A DNA stretch of 64,000 nucleotides from assembly GCA_964016885.1 (NCBI GenBank), contig OZ024740.1:170190001-170254000 (forward strand), given 5' to 3'. Each line of letters opens with the position of its first letter. Within the stretch, counting starts at the first letter, position 1. The position numbers were made by a program, and so were the translations under genes. Below the pieces are notes generated by a model, which was given only the letters and a program-made list of their open reading frames with translations, did not search any database and had not been told where the DNA came from. This DNA comes from Eledone cirrhosa. Taxonomy: Eukaryota. This document shows, piece by piece, positions 39,281 through 53,067 of this stretch.

Positions 39281-39316
39281 ATCTCTGGCGAAGGAGTAGT
39301 GTCCGAAACGTTAAGA
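39281..39316 (+). ncRNA. Degenerate minimal HHR, probably a solo pLTR remnant
   Basis: TCT-CTGGCGA-aGGA gtagtg TCC-GAAA-CG-TT-AAGA. Confidence 0.5.
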
Positions 39317-39400
39317 CTCTTTCCTGATATTTCAAGCGTTAAAGTAATATATTTCTTCAATATACTGTGTCGTTTGCTTTGTTATTTCTTTTTGCCTTAG

Positions 39401-39436
<36 letters not shown>

Positions 39437-39442
39437 ATATAT

Positions 39443-39473
<31 letters not shown>

Positions 39474-41329
39474 ATGATGTGTGTAGAAGTGTGCATCACC
39501 GTATGATTGAAATCTTGTTAGGAGCCTTTTTATTAAACTATATGTTTATGTTTAAACACACAAACTAATGGAATCATTGTTATAGTTGTTATAGAATTCA
39601 TTCACCAATAGTTGTTTATGTTATACGTAGTTGAGATATTTTCCTTTTCTCCTCATATTTAGGCTATCTACTACCATATTTCCAGTTCAACAGTATTCAT
39701 TTTATTTATCAATTTATTTTGCAACTATGAAAATGACGCACAGTATTTTGCTCGATCGAAATGCAAAAGCAACTAAACTCCATCCACAATATCTCCACCA
39801 ACACTACGCCCAACTAATTATAGGTTTTCACTTGGGAAATCTTTAAATAAAAACATTTTAAAAGATAAAAGATGAAATAGAAAGTTGTTCAAGAATGCGT
39901 TTATCACCAGAATCATATATATTTTTTGCTTTCGAAAACACACCTAATATTAATTACCTTTTGTTGGTAAATGTTTTCATTGCAGCTATAGATAAACCAA
40001 CTGCATTGCACGTAGCAAACAGAAAATTGAATCTATTTGCGTCCATTGAAGCTGCTAGAAATCACAACCAAATACCTTTAAAACGAAGCCCTTCTATTTT
40101 ATAAATCGATTGATATTAACCTCTTCGATTACCCTGAAAGACATAACTGAAATACTGTCTGACCGCAGTTGATCTGGAACTAGATACCTCCAACAGTAAT
40201 AATGTGGGCTACCTTAAATACAGTTAAAGTATTCCCTCCTTCTATAAATTTCTGTACATTAAAAATAGGTTTCAGCGATAAAAACTATTTAAAATCTATC
40301 TTCTTTTTACTATATTTTACGTATACATTTTAAAAATATATTATTTTCCCTTGAAAAGGTAAAGAAAAAGAAACAACAGATTTCTTCGAAGATTCAATAT
40401 AAAAAGTAAGACGAAATCTGCAAATGATAACAAATAGGATTATTGGGAAATCTGTAAGCAATTCTGCGCTTCCAATATTTGACACTTTGTCCGGAAAATT
40501 ATTTCTCAATGATAAGATAAAAACAGATGGAATAAATAACATAACGTTATCAATTGAATTTACCAAACTGCTACAGAGACTCTTGGAAAACAACCCATAA
40601 AAATAGCTTACAATTCCACCATCTTTATTATGGCATTCAAAGAATTAATCTTATTTCTCTCATCACCACATAAATATTTCTAGAAATGTTTAGACAATCT
40701 ATAAAAATACTTACAAAAAATTCATGAAAATAAACACAAGTCTTCAAAGTTTTAAATTATCTTCTTATGTAAATCTTGTATTGTAACATATGGTGTAGCC
40801 AGTTTCATAATGTTATTGATGGTTTTGTTGCTTGTCAGGAGACACTAAAACAGCAAATATAGAAAAACAATTGTAAGTACAATACAAGCAACAAGGAAGA
40901 AAAGGATACAATTGACATCTAAGGAAAGGCAGAGATTGCAAGTTTTGGAGTGACTATTGAAAATATTTCAAAACTAACAGTGCACATAAGAAGAACCATA
41001 GAAGAAAAGATTATTAACAAATACTGTCATTGCTAAAGTTATGATTAAAAAGATGTCGAAAGTGACAATTGTGAAATATGGACCAAATTGTGAAATATGG
41101 ACCAAATGTGAAATATGGAATAATATAAATAATAATTATAACTACGTTTGGCACAAGGTCTGTAATCTGAAGGGAAGGAGAGACTACGTGTTGATTAAAA
41201 CCAAATTTGATCATTAATCGAAAATTGGATATCAACAAATTGCTACATTGTACCTATGTAAGAATCCTCGATCGTGAGAAATGTACAATTTACACGAATA
41301 AATCGTATGTTAACTACATCTATGCTGGA

Positions 41330-41440
41330 GTCATCGCCGAGGTTGACTTTGCCTTTCATCCTTACGGGGTCGATAAAATAAAGTACCAGTAATGTACTGG
41401 GTAATTGATGGCCTTGTGCCTAAAGTAGAAACAATTATTT
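41330..41440 (+). mobile_element. 5'-truncated OK-like SINE
   Basis: CGCCGAGGTTGACTTTGCCTTTCATCCTTACGGGGTCGATAAA..GGCCTTGTGCCTAAAGTAGAAAC. Confidence 0.8.
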
Positions 41441-42049
41441 ATATAACGCATGGAAGAATAATCCCCAAATGCTTCCAGCCGCCAAAAGAAGTCTGACCAC
41501 TATGCTTCAGTCGTAAACGGATACTGCTCTGCAATACATTTGTCATTCGATTACAGAATGATGGTTCGTGCCTCAAGATTCAGTCTTTTTCCAAAACTAA
41601 ATTTTGTTCTGTTCAGTGACATGTTTTTGGCAGTCAGATCCAACGTAGAAACTCGCCATTACAGAAATTAGAGCCGATTGAAGGAGAATCAACAGAATTG
41701 TTTAAAGAAACAACCATGTTGTCGTATTCTATGTAGGGAGTTGACTTCTAGTCATTCAGTAAAAATCCACGTGTAAAATAAATGATTTCCCTCGGTTACA
41801 CGTGAAAATGCCTGAGAACATGAAAGGAAATTTAGACACATCTGTCTCAAATAATTGTAATAATAGTTTACAGTTTAGATACTGGGACATTCGATTAAAT
41901 CGACCCTATTACACATTTCACTCAGTTGACCCCAGTGGTATTTGAATTCAGAACGTAGAAACCAGTGTTCATACATGTAATAGACTTCTTACAATTTTGT
42001 ATTCTGCTTCATTATATGCTTTTTAGAAGTTTATAGAGGTGAGGTTTTA

Positions 42050-43650
42050 GTCTTTTGCCACAATAATTTATTCTTTAGTCTCATCTTTGAGTAGTTTGAT
42101 CCTGAACTAGTACTGCATAATTTCTTTATCAACATTTTCTTTGTTATGTCTTATCAAGTTTTGACATACAAGGGCTTTCTTTCAATGGTCTTAATTTGAT
42201 ATTCTGCAAGCTCCATCTTAGTGTTTAGTTTTTATCAATATCTATTCTTCTCCCAGTTGCGTTACCTCAGCTTCTATATATGTTTGTTCCCTCGAATACA
42301 CAAAAGAGATATTCCTTTTGTCCTGTTTTGTTCAATTTTCAGACAATATATTTTTTGTATTCCAACAGTAGATATATTATAATAGTTTTCTAGTATCGAA
42401 GTTTGTGTATTCTATTCTAAATGCAGTTGTTAACTCTCTTATGTAGGCTTCGCAATTCGCTTAGTTGAGAATATTATAACAATAATTGGGGCATCTAGAG
42501 CATTGATGTCCATTATCTTTCTGTTTTATCTATCTCTGTTTTAAATATTAATAGATCGCTTCAACGATATTCTTTCCTCAACTTTTCATTCAAGTGTATG
42601 TGTTTTATTCTGTGATGTTCATTACTTCTTATTATGTATATGTCAGTGTTTAGTCTAATGACTTATTTGTATTTCGTTATCTAACATGATATTAGTAGTT
42701 TTATGTAATTGTCATATTTTTTCTAGTTTAAGGTTGCTTTGATGCATATTTCTAAACTGAAAATCATATCATTTCTTCTACCGAATCCATAAGCTATATA
42801 TAACAAGGTTTTCAGTTGTGTATCTTCTGTAGTACAATGTGATGACAGTCAGCCAGATAGAAAATATTGTCGCTTGTCGTCTGTTAGCATTTGTATAATA
42901 ATCCAATGTATTTTAGCATGCTGGTTAAAGGTGTTGATGTTATACAGAACATAAATGTAATGAGAGAGCATTCCACTTCTAATAAGGATGGAATTGGTTT
43001 ATAACACCCTCTTTTGATTGCATATTCAGGATTGTTTCCCATTTATTCATAACATGTTTGATGTACATTCTTGTTATTGATGTTGCCTTATTCATTAATA
43101 ATGTTTTATGTAACGTTGCTAGTATTCATGGACAATCCATCCAAACAATGTGTACATCCATGTTTATAATTCTACAGTCTTCTGTGGTAGCTTTGATGAA
43201 TAATTCATCTTTACAACCACATAAGCACTTATTGCACCATTTCTATTATTTTGAAAGTTTGTTATTTTCCATTTGATCATTCATTCATTGTGATATTATT
43301 GAAGTTAAAGCTTCTATATGCAAACATGTTATAGTTTTGTAATTTTGGTTATTTGCTGATAAATTCGACAATGGTTTTCCCTCGGTGTGTCATTCAAGAC
43401 TGTCAATAAAACGCTAAACATTTTGCCACCACTTTCTCAAATAGTTCAACCAATAGTTTGGAAAATTATATTCATTTTATGGTAGGTAATGTTTCTATGA
43501 AATATTTCTCTTTTTATTTACATTTGTACTTGTGTCGTTTTGTTGTTGATTTAATGGAGTATTACTTTGTTGTTTAAATTAAACAAAACTAGCAGAAATT
43601 TATTTGAAATTCTATCTTTTTTATATATCTTTGTTATTAATGATGTTTCC
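42050..43650 (-). pseudogene. Heavily decayed R4-like RT remnant
   Basis: Reverse strand near 43190-43245 reads KWCNKCLCGCKDELFI (compare QKGC..GCKDQLLI); IKRG motif near 43010. Confidence 0.45.
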
Positions 43651-43779
43651 TTGAGTGTATATGTTTATATTTGATTAGATTTGAGGGAGCACTTACCTTA
43701 CTTTGCAACAACTGAGGCTGAGGGATGTATTTCGCTTCATCAATGATTCAACTTTGTTTTTATTCTTGTTGTTAGCATT

Positions 43780-44000
43780 TTATTTCACGTTGCTCCAGTT
43801 CATTCAGCTGCAGAAATGAGTTACAATGTCCCTGCTGCCAAGTTATATCGGCCTTCGCCTTTCCCTTGGACAACATCGCTTGTGTGTAGAGGGGAGATTA
43901 GTATGCATGCTCGACCGCTGGTCTTCTACAAAAACACCTTGCCAAGATTCGTGCCTAAGCGGGGAACTTTCTAGCCCTAAACAAAAGATCATTCGTGATC
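43780..44000 (+). mobile_element. CORE-type SINE body
   Basis: TTTATTTCACGTTGCTCCAGT.CA.TCAGCTG, shared with the SINE at 31490. Confidence 0.55.
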
Positions 44001-44022
44001 TTTAACATTTACTTACTCTCTG

Positions 44023-44054
<32 letters not shown>

Positions 44055-44422
44055 GTACCAAAAAAAAAACATGAAAACCTAGACAGGGAGAAGTGGTCAG
44101 AAGGAGAAATTTATTGTATATTCGATCTTTAACATATGGTTCTGTATAATTACGTAACCGTCTACATACGCTGACTGCATTATATAGTGTTCATTCGTAT
44201 GCATTACGTGTCTATAATTGCACTTCATCAGAGAGAAGTTAACAGGGAGGGGAAAAAATTGGTTATATTTGGTGGTAGGGGTACCGCATTTCTGCTACAT
44301 CAGAAGGGTGAAAGGCAACATGATTTTGGCTGGATTTGAAACAAGTCCGACTCATTATATCATAAAGAGAAGACCACAGATTATGATAGAAAGAGAAGTG
44401 TTTATTGTATATATTCTAATAC

Positions 44423-44616
44423 CAGACCTGTCAACTCCCCCTGTCCGACGGGGAGATCTCCCACTGACTTTGGTTTGGTTGAGAGTTGTCTTCTCTTGAG
44501 AAAAAGGGTATAGTTTTCATTAAGTAAAGTCTTCACATTTTGTCTCATTTCTCCCCGTTTTGGGGCACTTTTTTTCTTGGTACGGCCCGTTTGGTTTTTA
44601 GAGGTTGGCAGGTTTG
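44423..44616. mobile_element. MITE-like element
   Basis: Terminal inverted repeats CAGACCTGTCAAC / GTTGGCAGGTTTG. Confidence 0.55.
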
Positions 44617-45351
44617 TATTACTTAGTACTCTTTTTGTCTCCTAAACTCAACGCCCGGAGGATTTGAACTCACTGTATGCAGGGACATATCAAAATATAG
44701 CAAGCCATGTATCCAATGATTTATAGATTATTCCATTCATTAATATTTCCTTCCACATTTTCCATTTCTCTCTTTCTCTCTCTCACTCTTTTTCTCTTTG
44801 TCTCTCCTCCTTCTCACTCTCTCACTCTCTCACTCTCTGTCTCCCACACAGTTACACACATACACATTCACTCGTTTACTATATTTACTACGTATAAGTA
44901 TCTTCAATGGGAATAAGTAGAATGTTTTTTTCTTTTTGTGGTGGGGGCATGAACTATACTTGTAAAAATATCATGCATGCGGAATTCACTTTTTCTATGT
45001 ATTCCGCACAAGCACACGCACGCACACACACGCGCGCGCGCGCGCGCATACTTGTATAAACATTAAGAATTTGCAGTCAGTTGGTAAGTGTCCTTAGCCG
45101 TAGTTTCATATCGTTTCTAGCTTTGTGACGGAAACTGCACAGAGACCTGCATACTGTAACAAGCTGATATTCCTTGATGATTGCATTAAGAGTAAAAGTA
45201 TAAGTGTCTATCGAATACGAGACCACTTATACTATAATTTAAAGACCATGGATTTTAGTTGAGCAAAGAACTGGAATAGTCATCGTCGAAAACTATAGAG
45301 ATTTTTATTTATATTATATGTATGTGTCTGTGCAAATGTGCATTTATGTTA

Positions 45352-45434
<83 letters not shown>

Positions 45435-45798
45435 TGTATATAGCAAGGAAAAAAATGCTTGCTTGTCCTGACTAGATTTTTGTTCATTTCTTGCATTTAA
45501 AAACATTTTTAAAGCAAAAATGGACTGATGCCTGACAACGATTTTGTTCGCTAGTAAACAAAACCGGAGCAAAGCATTGTTTGGAAAACTCGATTCAATT
45601 GATTGCAGCTTCCGTTTTTCCAGATATAAATCAGTATCAAGCATATTTTCAGGAAATAGTTGTCAATCTGGAAACAAGAGAGATCAAACGAAAGATAAAC
45701 AATTCCTAGTACTTCAATTGCTTTGTGAAAAGAACCATGAAATTTACGGCTTTGTGTTATGAGATACTTCTGGAATGATCTTCAACAAATGAATTATA

Positions 45799-45835
<37 letters not shown>

Positions 45836-47410
45836 CATACTTATATACACACATCCGTGCGTGTACGCACACAGACAGACATACACACACATATTTTTTT
45901 TCGGTCCTATCCGATAACTTCGTTTCAGTCTTATCATTTATTTATATATATGTACATACATACATATTTATATCTCATGTGATATGAACTGTGGTGGAGT
46001 ATTGGATCGGAAACACGGCATTAAGGAGTCGGCAGTTCATATCTTCCTACTGGTCCCTTAGCAGACAAATTGTGTAAAGAATGCTGTGTAACATTGACTT
46101 ATAACTAAAATTGACTGATCAATTTTAACCACTACAGAAATATTGAAACAGAAACCATTACGCCATACCTCAGCTGTGCTGGGTATGGGTTTAGCTGAGT
46201 GTCTAGGCCATGATATTTGGCACAGATATCTGAATACATGTAAGAAATAGCTTCTACATGTCCTGTCAAAATGAGAGATCCTATGGGATAATTCGACTTG
46301 CTAGAAATAGCAACATTTCCTCTTCAAACAACGTCTTTAAAAAAAAGGAATATTACACTATGTAATGTATTCCCGCATATCCAAAATGTTTCACGATAAC
46401 AACAGAACATATAACAGCCGAACAATATTATTAATTATATCAATCAGGGAAATAAATAGAGTTCAATGATTCGTACGGCAGTTCTTCGTCAAGAAATTTA
46501 CAGAAGAAAAACGAGAGAAAAATGTCCTAGAAAGTAATATCCTACGATAAAGACTACAAGGCAAACGAATGAAATTAATTAGCTAGAAAGAAAGTTTTTC
46601 AGCCACAATATGGTAAATAATGCAAGACCATGGATGTATGGGTATGTGTGTGTTTTATCGAGTCAAAGCAGATAACATGTGACAATATATTCCATGTGTA
46701 TGATAGTGAGTGTGTAGGGCAATACATGCGAAGAAGTTGATGAGTGTGTGTACTACTGTGTATTTGGCTATAAATGTGTTATGATTGATCGTGAGTATAT
46801 ATAATCTAAATATTTCATCTGGAACCAATTTCTCTGTTTAGTGTGATACTTGAATAATATTCAATGTAGGAATGATTTGGAGGTTGGTCTGCGTCAGAGC
46901 ATGGCCATTTCCCTCTAATGCAATTTAAAATCACACATTTATTTATGTATACTCTCCTGTAAATTGCAAAATTCTTCTTCCACGTCTACAGACGTGTCTT
47001 TCATTCACACCACCTACACAACAGTACACACTCACATATCATGCCCAATTACAGTAATATACGCACGCATACGCACTTACCAAACATACAAAAGATTATC
47101 TTTCTTGATTAAAAAAACTCACCGAGAGAGAAAGAGAAATAGAGAGAAAGAGGGACAGAAGAGAGAGAGAAAGAAAGAAGAGAGAGAGATTCTCTCTCTG
47201 TTATAGACACATAATCTCACACATAAGAGATAATCTATCTGAAAAGCAGTATTCCTATCTAATCACTTCCGTCAATCATTTTCCTTTATTTGCCATGTGT
47301 TTAACGGAAAATCATTGCGATCACATATCTTTCTTCTCTCTTTTTTCTAGATAAAGTATAAACATTCGAAACGTTGAAATCTCATCTAACTTTCACTGCG
47401 TGAAATTAAT

Positions 47411-47457
47411 TTATCCGTGTCTATATATTTATCGTAGCAGTGTTTCAATGGACAATG

Positions 47458-47541
<84 letters not shown>

Positions 47542-47586
47542 CATTGTCCATTGAAACACTGCTACGATAAATATATAGACACGGAT

Positions 47587-47588
<2 letters not shown>
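47411..47588. repeat. ~55-bp perfect inverted repeat around (TA)n
   Basis: TTATCCGTGTCTATAT..GGACAATGTATG-(TA)n-CATACATTGTCC..ATATAGACACGGATAA. Confidence 0.92.
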
Positions 47589-47900
<312 letters not shown>

Positions 47901-49063
47901 TGCGTGTGTGAGTGTGAGTGTGTATGTGTGTCTATGTGTGTGAGTATATGTGTGTGTGTGTGTGTGTGTTTGTTTGTTTGTGTGTGTGTGCATATCTACA
48001 TTGTATTGCTCCCACCTCAATTTCTTTCTTCACAAGGTCCAGGAAATTCCATACTTTGTAGATATATTTTCCGAATCTGTGAGTTACGAGTATAATGATA
48101 AACGTTGTTTAAATATTGTCATTTTCATTGGCGGAAATTTTCGAAGGTATATATGTATTCACATCAGTTATTTTGACATCTTTTCACGTAGATGTAGAAG
48201 ATGGTGTTAATTTGTAAAATATTTACCTCTGAAGCCAGCGAGTGTATATTCCACTTTTCCGAGTTACACAGCCGGCAATATTTTGTCCCGTTTAGATAAG
48301 GGTTGGGCTGTACTAATATATTCCATTTAATGGAAATGCTGAGCCGTTATTTTTGAGGTTCCACGCACGGTTCGCAAGCTGAGTGGCATGAGATTTGTCA
48401 GGTTGTGTGAAGGTTGTTTCATGGTTCCAGGTACCGGCTTTTGAACTGACTCTCAAAAGTTCTAACATAAGTCCAGGCTTCTATTTGGTAGTTCAGGTTG
48501 GTGGAGGTCATTTCGACTTCATATAACACCACTGGAGGACATCTCTCTGTCCTTCTATATGAGAATACGTACGGTGAAAGGCTTTTGCGTTTGACGGTGA
48601 TGTAGGATGTTATGTTACAGGTTGAAGAGTAGCCTGTATTAACTGTAAATACGCGCTCGACTGCTTTAGTCGCTATCCACACGAAGTGAATTTCATTCTG
48701 AGAAAATGGTATAGACCATATTATCTGTATTTAATTTCAAGGATTTAATTTCGTTGAATTACTAACTTTGCACAATATAAGTTGCCCTCCTTTGTAGGTT
48801 CTTTATAGTTAGCTACCTTGACATTAACTGTAATTCGAGATTACCTGTCCCCGAAGAAGTCTCGGCATTCTTTTCTAAAAACTTCAAATAATCTGTGGAG
48901 GTAGCCATTTTTATTTCAGATAACAGGCTGAATGACTTGGGGTGTATGAGCCAACGAAACTTGAGTACCGCTATATATCATTGTAGTAACTAATGTTATA
49001 CCCCCACACACACACACACACCCCATCCTCCACACACACATATATATATTTATATATATATAT

Positions 49064-49493
49064 ATTGACTACGTAAATGTTTGTGGTTGCGTTTAATACG
49101 AAAACCTTGATTCAGATATGTTGTGGAACTTGATCCTTTGAGTCTTTTTTCAGTTTGAAAGAGTGATCTGCCCATTTCTTGGTCTGCAAATGTGATGAGA
49201 TCATAGTGATTTGGGGAAAGTTGGGGAACTGTATGCGGTAGCTAGTTGCAGGCAATAGAAGATGATATCAGGAGAAGAGTTCCTTTAGTAGGCATAATGT
49301 GGTGCATATGTGCGTGTTGATATGGATTGGTTAGGGTATAAAGGAGCCTACGTGTAATATTCCACCCCTATTTGTCTTATCTATACTAACCATGATGTTT
49401 TAAGTGCATTAAAGCCTCCCGAAATGAAGGTGTATGTGAGGGTTTTAAAGGGGTGTAGCATTAACCTGGGCCGACAGTTGGTGAGTTTTATTG

Positions 49494-49540
<47 letters not shown>

Positions 49541-49986
49541 TATATAAATATATAACACAATAAAACTCACCAACTGTCGGACCAGGTTAATGCTACAACC
49601 CTTTAAAACCCTCACAAACACCTACATTTCGGGAGGCTTTAATGCACTTAACACATCATGGTTAGTATAGATAAGACAAATAGGGGTGGAATATTACACG
49701 TAGGCTCCTTTATACCCTAACCAATCCATATTAACACGCACATATGTACCACATTATGCCTACTAAAGGAACTCTTCTCCTGATATCATCTTCTATTGCC
49801 TGCAACTAGCTACCGCATACAGTTCCCCAGCTTTCCCCAAATCACTATGATCTCATCACATTTGCACACCAAGAAATGGGCAGATCACTCTTTCAAACTG
49901 AAAAAGACTCAAAGGATCAAGTTCCACAACATATCTGAATCAAGGTTTTCATATTCAACGCAACCACAAACATTTACGTAGTCAAT
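49064..49986. repeat. ~435-bp inverted duplication centred on a (TA)/(CA) tract
   Basis: 49064-49500 is the reverse complement of 49551-49986, with scattered mismatches. Confidence 0.95.
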
Positions 49987-51000
49987 GCAGTCCATGCATT
50001 CAACAAAATAATTATAGATGCGTGTACAATATAACATAGTAATAAAATCATAAAGCAACATAAAAATGTCACCCTAAACACGCCTCAAAAATAGCTAACC
50101 TTATAGAAATTGGAGATAGCCTGAAATACCATACAACGTAAACAAACACGACGAAAATAAAACTCTGAATCAAACAACTAAATGATGCAATAAAGAATCA
50201 TAACAAGCAAATATTTGTATACATTAAGCACAAAACTATCAATAAAATATTTTATATTCACAGCATCAACGACGAAAATATCCATAAATCCTCAACTTCT
50301 TTCCACAATTAGGACTACAAATAATACCACAATACTTCAGTATCAAACAAACGCCCTTCAAATCCTTCTTCTAAAATCAGACACGAAACGCCACACGAAA
50401 AATACAGGGACACATAAAAAATAACCTTCAGTCAAATTCGACCAAGATTTACTCTTTTCTTCCAACAGAATTCCAATAAGCAATAAAGAAGTTTAAACAT
50501 CCAATAGCATCAGGCCCAAGAAGTTCACAAACATACGTCTAAAAGACGCGGAGCCTTAATGACTCCCTGTACTCCCTATCAGTTAAAGCTACTCGTGCCA
50601 ACACTCAAATTTCTACATCTTGGAAATTGGGCAAAATTATAACTATTGTAACTAACATCGTACGCGTTCTTCACCTGTTTATGCACACTCTCGAAAATTC
50701 TAGAATGTCTAATCTTTGTTACCACAAACCCACATTAATACCCCTCTGCAAATCACAAGACACAGATTCAAACTACTACACTAAATCACCACACTATTCA
50801 TATACGGAGTTAACATGGCGACAGATAAGGAGTTAACATGGCGACAAGGAAGGTCGCTTGACCACGTCTTGACCGAACAAAATATAATATTTTCACCAAA
50901 AACTGCCCTTTAAACACATGTCAGATGGATTACAATATTCATTATCCCAATTACTTTCACTGTTCCCTGACAACTAGTACCAGTTTCAAGATAGAATTAT
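49600..51000 (+). pseudogene. Decayed APE-type LINE ORF2 (I/Jockey-group-like)
   Basis: GGFNALNTSW (~49631; compare GDFNAHxxxW), SSPDII, ADH, and a WKLGKII motif at ~50620. Confidence 0.5.
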
Positions 51001-51631
51001 TTTAACGAAGTATATATAATTTGACTTGATTTTCGCCAACAAACCACGTGTGGACATGGACGGGGAAAAAAGGAAAAAAAACAAAACAAATCACTACGTC
51101 CCTTAAGGATCGCAGTAAGTACTCCACAAAACATATAAATAACAATATACACACAGATTTATATACAGATACATACCATATGCATATACACACACGTGAA
51201 AAGAAACCACACTATTTCGTGTGAGACACTATACCGGCCAATTTTACCAATTTACATTGGTAAAATATTTCTTAACATTGACCTCGCTTCTAACCCACAT
51301 ACACCTTTTAATTATATATATATACTAGCAGCTGAAAGTTAATAATTTGAAAAAAAAATATTATTGAAAGTTTACTATAAAGAAGCAGTATCAGGGGGAA
51401 AAAAAAAAAAAAACCTTATTTCGCTGTTAATAAACAACTGCCTTCTACAGTACGTTTCATTTAACTTACGCAGCATATTTATTTGTTTACATGTAATGTA
51501 ATTCAGACTCTTCTGTACACACACAACATTTAGGAAAACGGAAACAAAATACACAAAAAAACAGACATTTTATTTCTATCGTAATCAAGTGCGCTAAACC
51601 TATATTGTTTACATTCTGTATTTTTCTACGG

Positions 51632-53011
51632 ATGGGTAGAAATAACAAAATTGCCATGGTGATATCCATCGATGAAATATGCGACAAAACCGGCCGATGT
51701 CCCAAGATAGAACATTGCCCAGAAAATCACATCTGCCATATCTGTGCGGAACCCGAAAACTCGTTCCGTAATCGCTGGGTCGAATGTGGAACCTGTCGCA
51801 TCTCTGTCTGTCTTCAATGCGCCACAGGCTTCCGGAGGATCCCAGGCCAAAAAAAGAGACATCATAATGCTATGATGGATGGAATATGGGAGATGGTCCA
51901 GCTAAAATCCTGGTCCTTTCAGTGTCTGGCCTGTGTGCCTGCCTCCACGAATGTTATTAATGTTATTGAAAAACAACAACAACAACAAAAACCAATGACT
52001 GTGTCTTCCTCTACCATTGTTACTGAACAACGGCAAAAACCTATGACACTGGCTTCTACTGTTATTCCTGTGGGAGAACATCAGAAACAACAACAACCCA
52101 TGTCTTCCACTCCCAGTACATCTCGACACCAACAACTGGTGACTGTGTCTTCCCCTACCATTCCCGTGGAGGAACATCATCATCACCAACAACAACAACA
52201 GCAACAACCTGCGACTGTGTCCTCCCCTGCCATTCCCGTGGAGGAACATCATCATCACCAACAACAACAACAACAGCAACAACCTGCGACTGTGTCCTCC
52301 CCTGCCATTCCCGTGGAGGAACATCATCATCACCAACAACGACAGCAGCAGCAGCAACAACAACAACAACAACAACAACCGACCAGTACAGATTTTGCGG
52401 AACTGCAACTAATGATTTCTGCTCTGAGAAGGGAAGTTGCAGGAATAGAGGCAAGCATTCGGGTAGGACCCCACAATGAGGGGTCTTATCGGAATGCCTT
52501 GCTAAAGAATCTCCCTGTACCTCTTGCTGGAAAGACTGAAAAGACTGCGGAATCTGCTACCCATGAAGTGATTGCCATTGGGGTACCAGAGGACAAGGCT
52601 GATATTCAGGCATTTGCTGCCAGCTCAGCCAAAGACCTAGGCTGTGTTCCCCCAAAGGGTGCCCTCCGCCTTGGTCGACCTGGTCCAAAACCCAGACTCA
52701 TCAAGCTGTCTTTCTCGGACCCCGCAGAGGCAACCTCATATCATCTGGCCTCTGCTAAAGCTGGGCGTGAAAATCGGATTACCTTCCGAACACGCCCAGG
52801 CCTACCACCCCATATACGTCCAAAACTACGTGCTGCAGCTTCCTTCAATCGGAACTCAGCACAAGATGAAAGTTTTAGTCTGCGTGATGATGGGCAGATC
52901 TGGAGGTTTGTCAAGGCTGGTGAAACGTGGAAGAGAGATACCAGCTGGTCTGAGTGTGATCTACCCACAATAACTGGCAATGTAAAAACTGCTACAACTC
53001 TGGGAAACTAA
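51632..53011 (+). CDS. LINE ORF1 with PHD-like finger and Gln/His-rich repeats
   Basis: Open frame with CHIC..WVECGTC..CLQC..FQCLAC, a coiled-coil-like LQLMISALRREVAGIEA, and an RLGR..KPRLIKL motif typical of CR1/L2 ORF1. Confidence 0.85.
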   Translation: MGRNNKIAMVISIDEICDKTGRCPKIEHCPENHICHICAEPENSFRNRWVECGTCRISVCLQCATGFRRIPGQKKRHHNAMMDGIWEMVQLKSWSFQCLACVPASTNVINVIEKQQQQQKPMTVSSSTIVTEQRQKPMTLASTVIPVGEHQKQQQPMSSTPSTSRHQQLVTVSSPTIPVEEHHHHQQQQQQQPATVSSPAIPVEEHHHHQQQQQQQQPATVSSPAIPVEEHHHHQQRQQQQQQQQQQQQPTSTDFAELQLMISALRREVAGIEASIRVGPHNEGSYRNALLKNLPVPLAGKTEKTAESATHEVIAIGVPEDKADIQAFAASSAKDLGCVPPKGALRLGRPGPKPRLIKLSFSDPAEATSYHLASAKAGRENRITFRTRPGLPPHIRPKLRAAASFNRNSAQDESFSLRDDGQIWRFVKAGETWKRDTSWSECDLPTITGNVKTATTLGN

Positions 53012-53067
53012 ACCAGAACAACCTGCCACCCTCTACACACCATCATAAACTGCGAGCAGGGTACAAA

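Noticed and set aside
40200-41000. Further decayed LINE RT remnant
   Set aside because: Motifs are too degraded to support a call.
41066-41119. Short tandem duplications (also 50806-50846 and 19460-19530)
   Set aside because: Ordinary slippage products of 2-6 copies with no sign of function.
45550-45690. Possible minus-strand host exon after a strong acceptor (TCTCTTGTTTCCAG)
   Set aside because: Only a short unrecognisable frame follows, and no partner exons were found.
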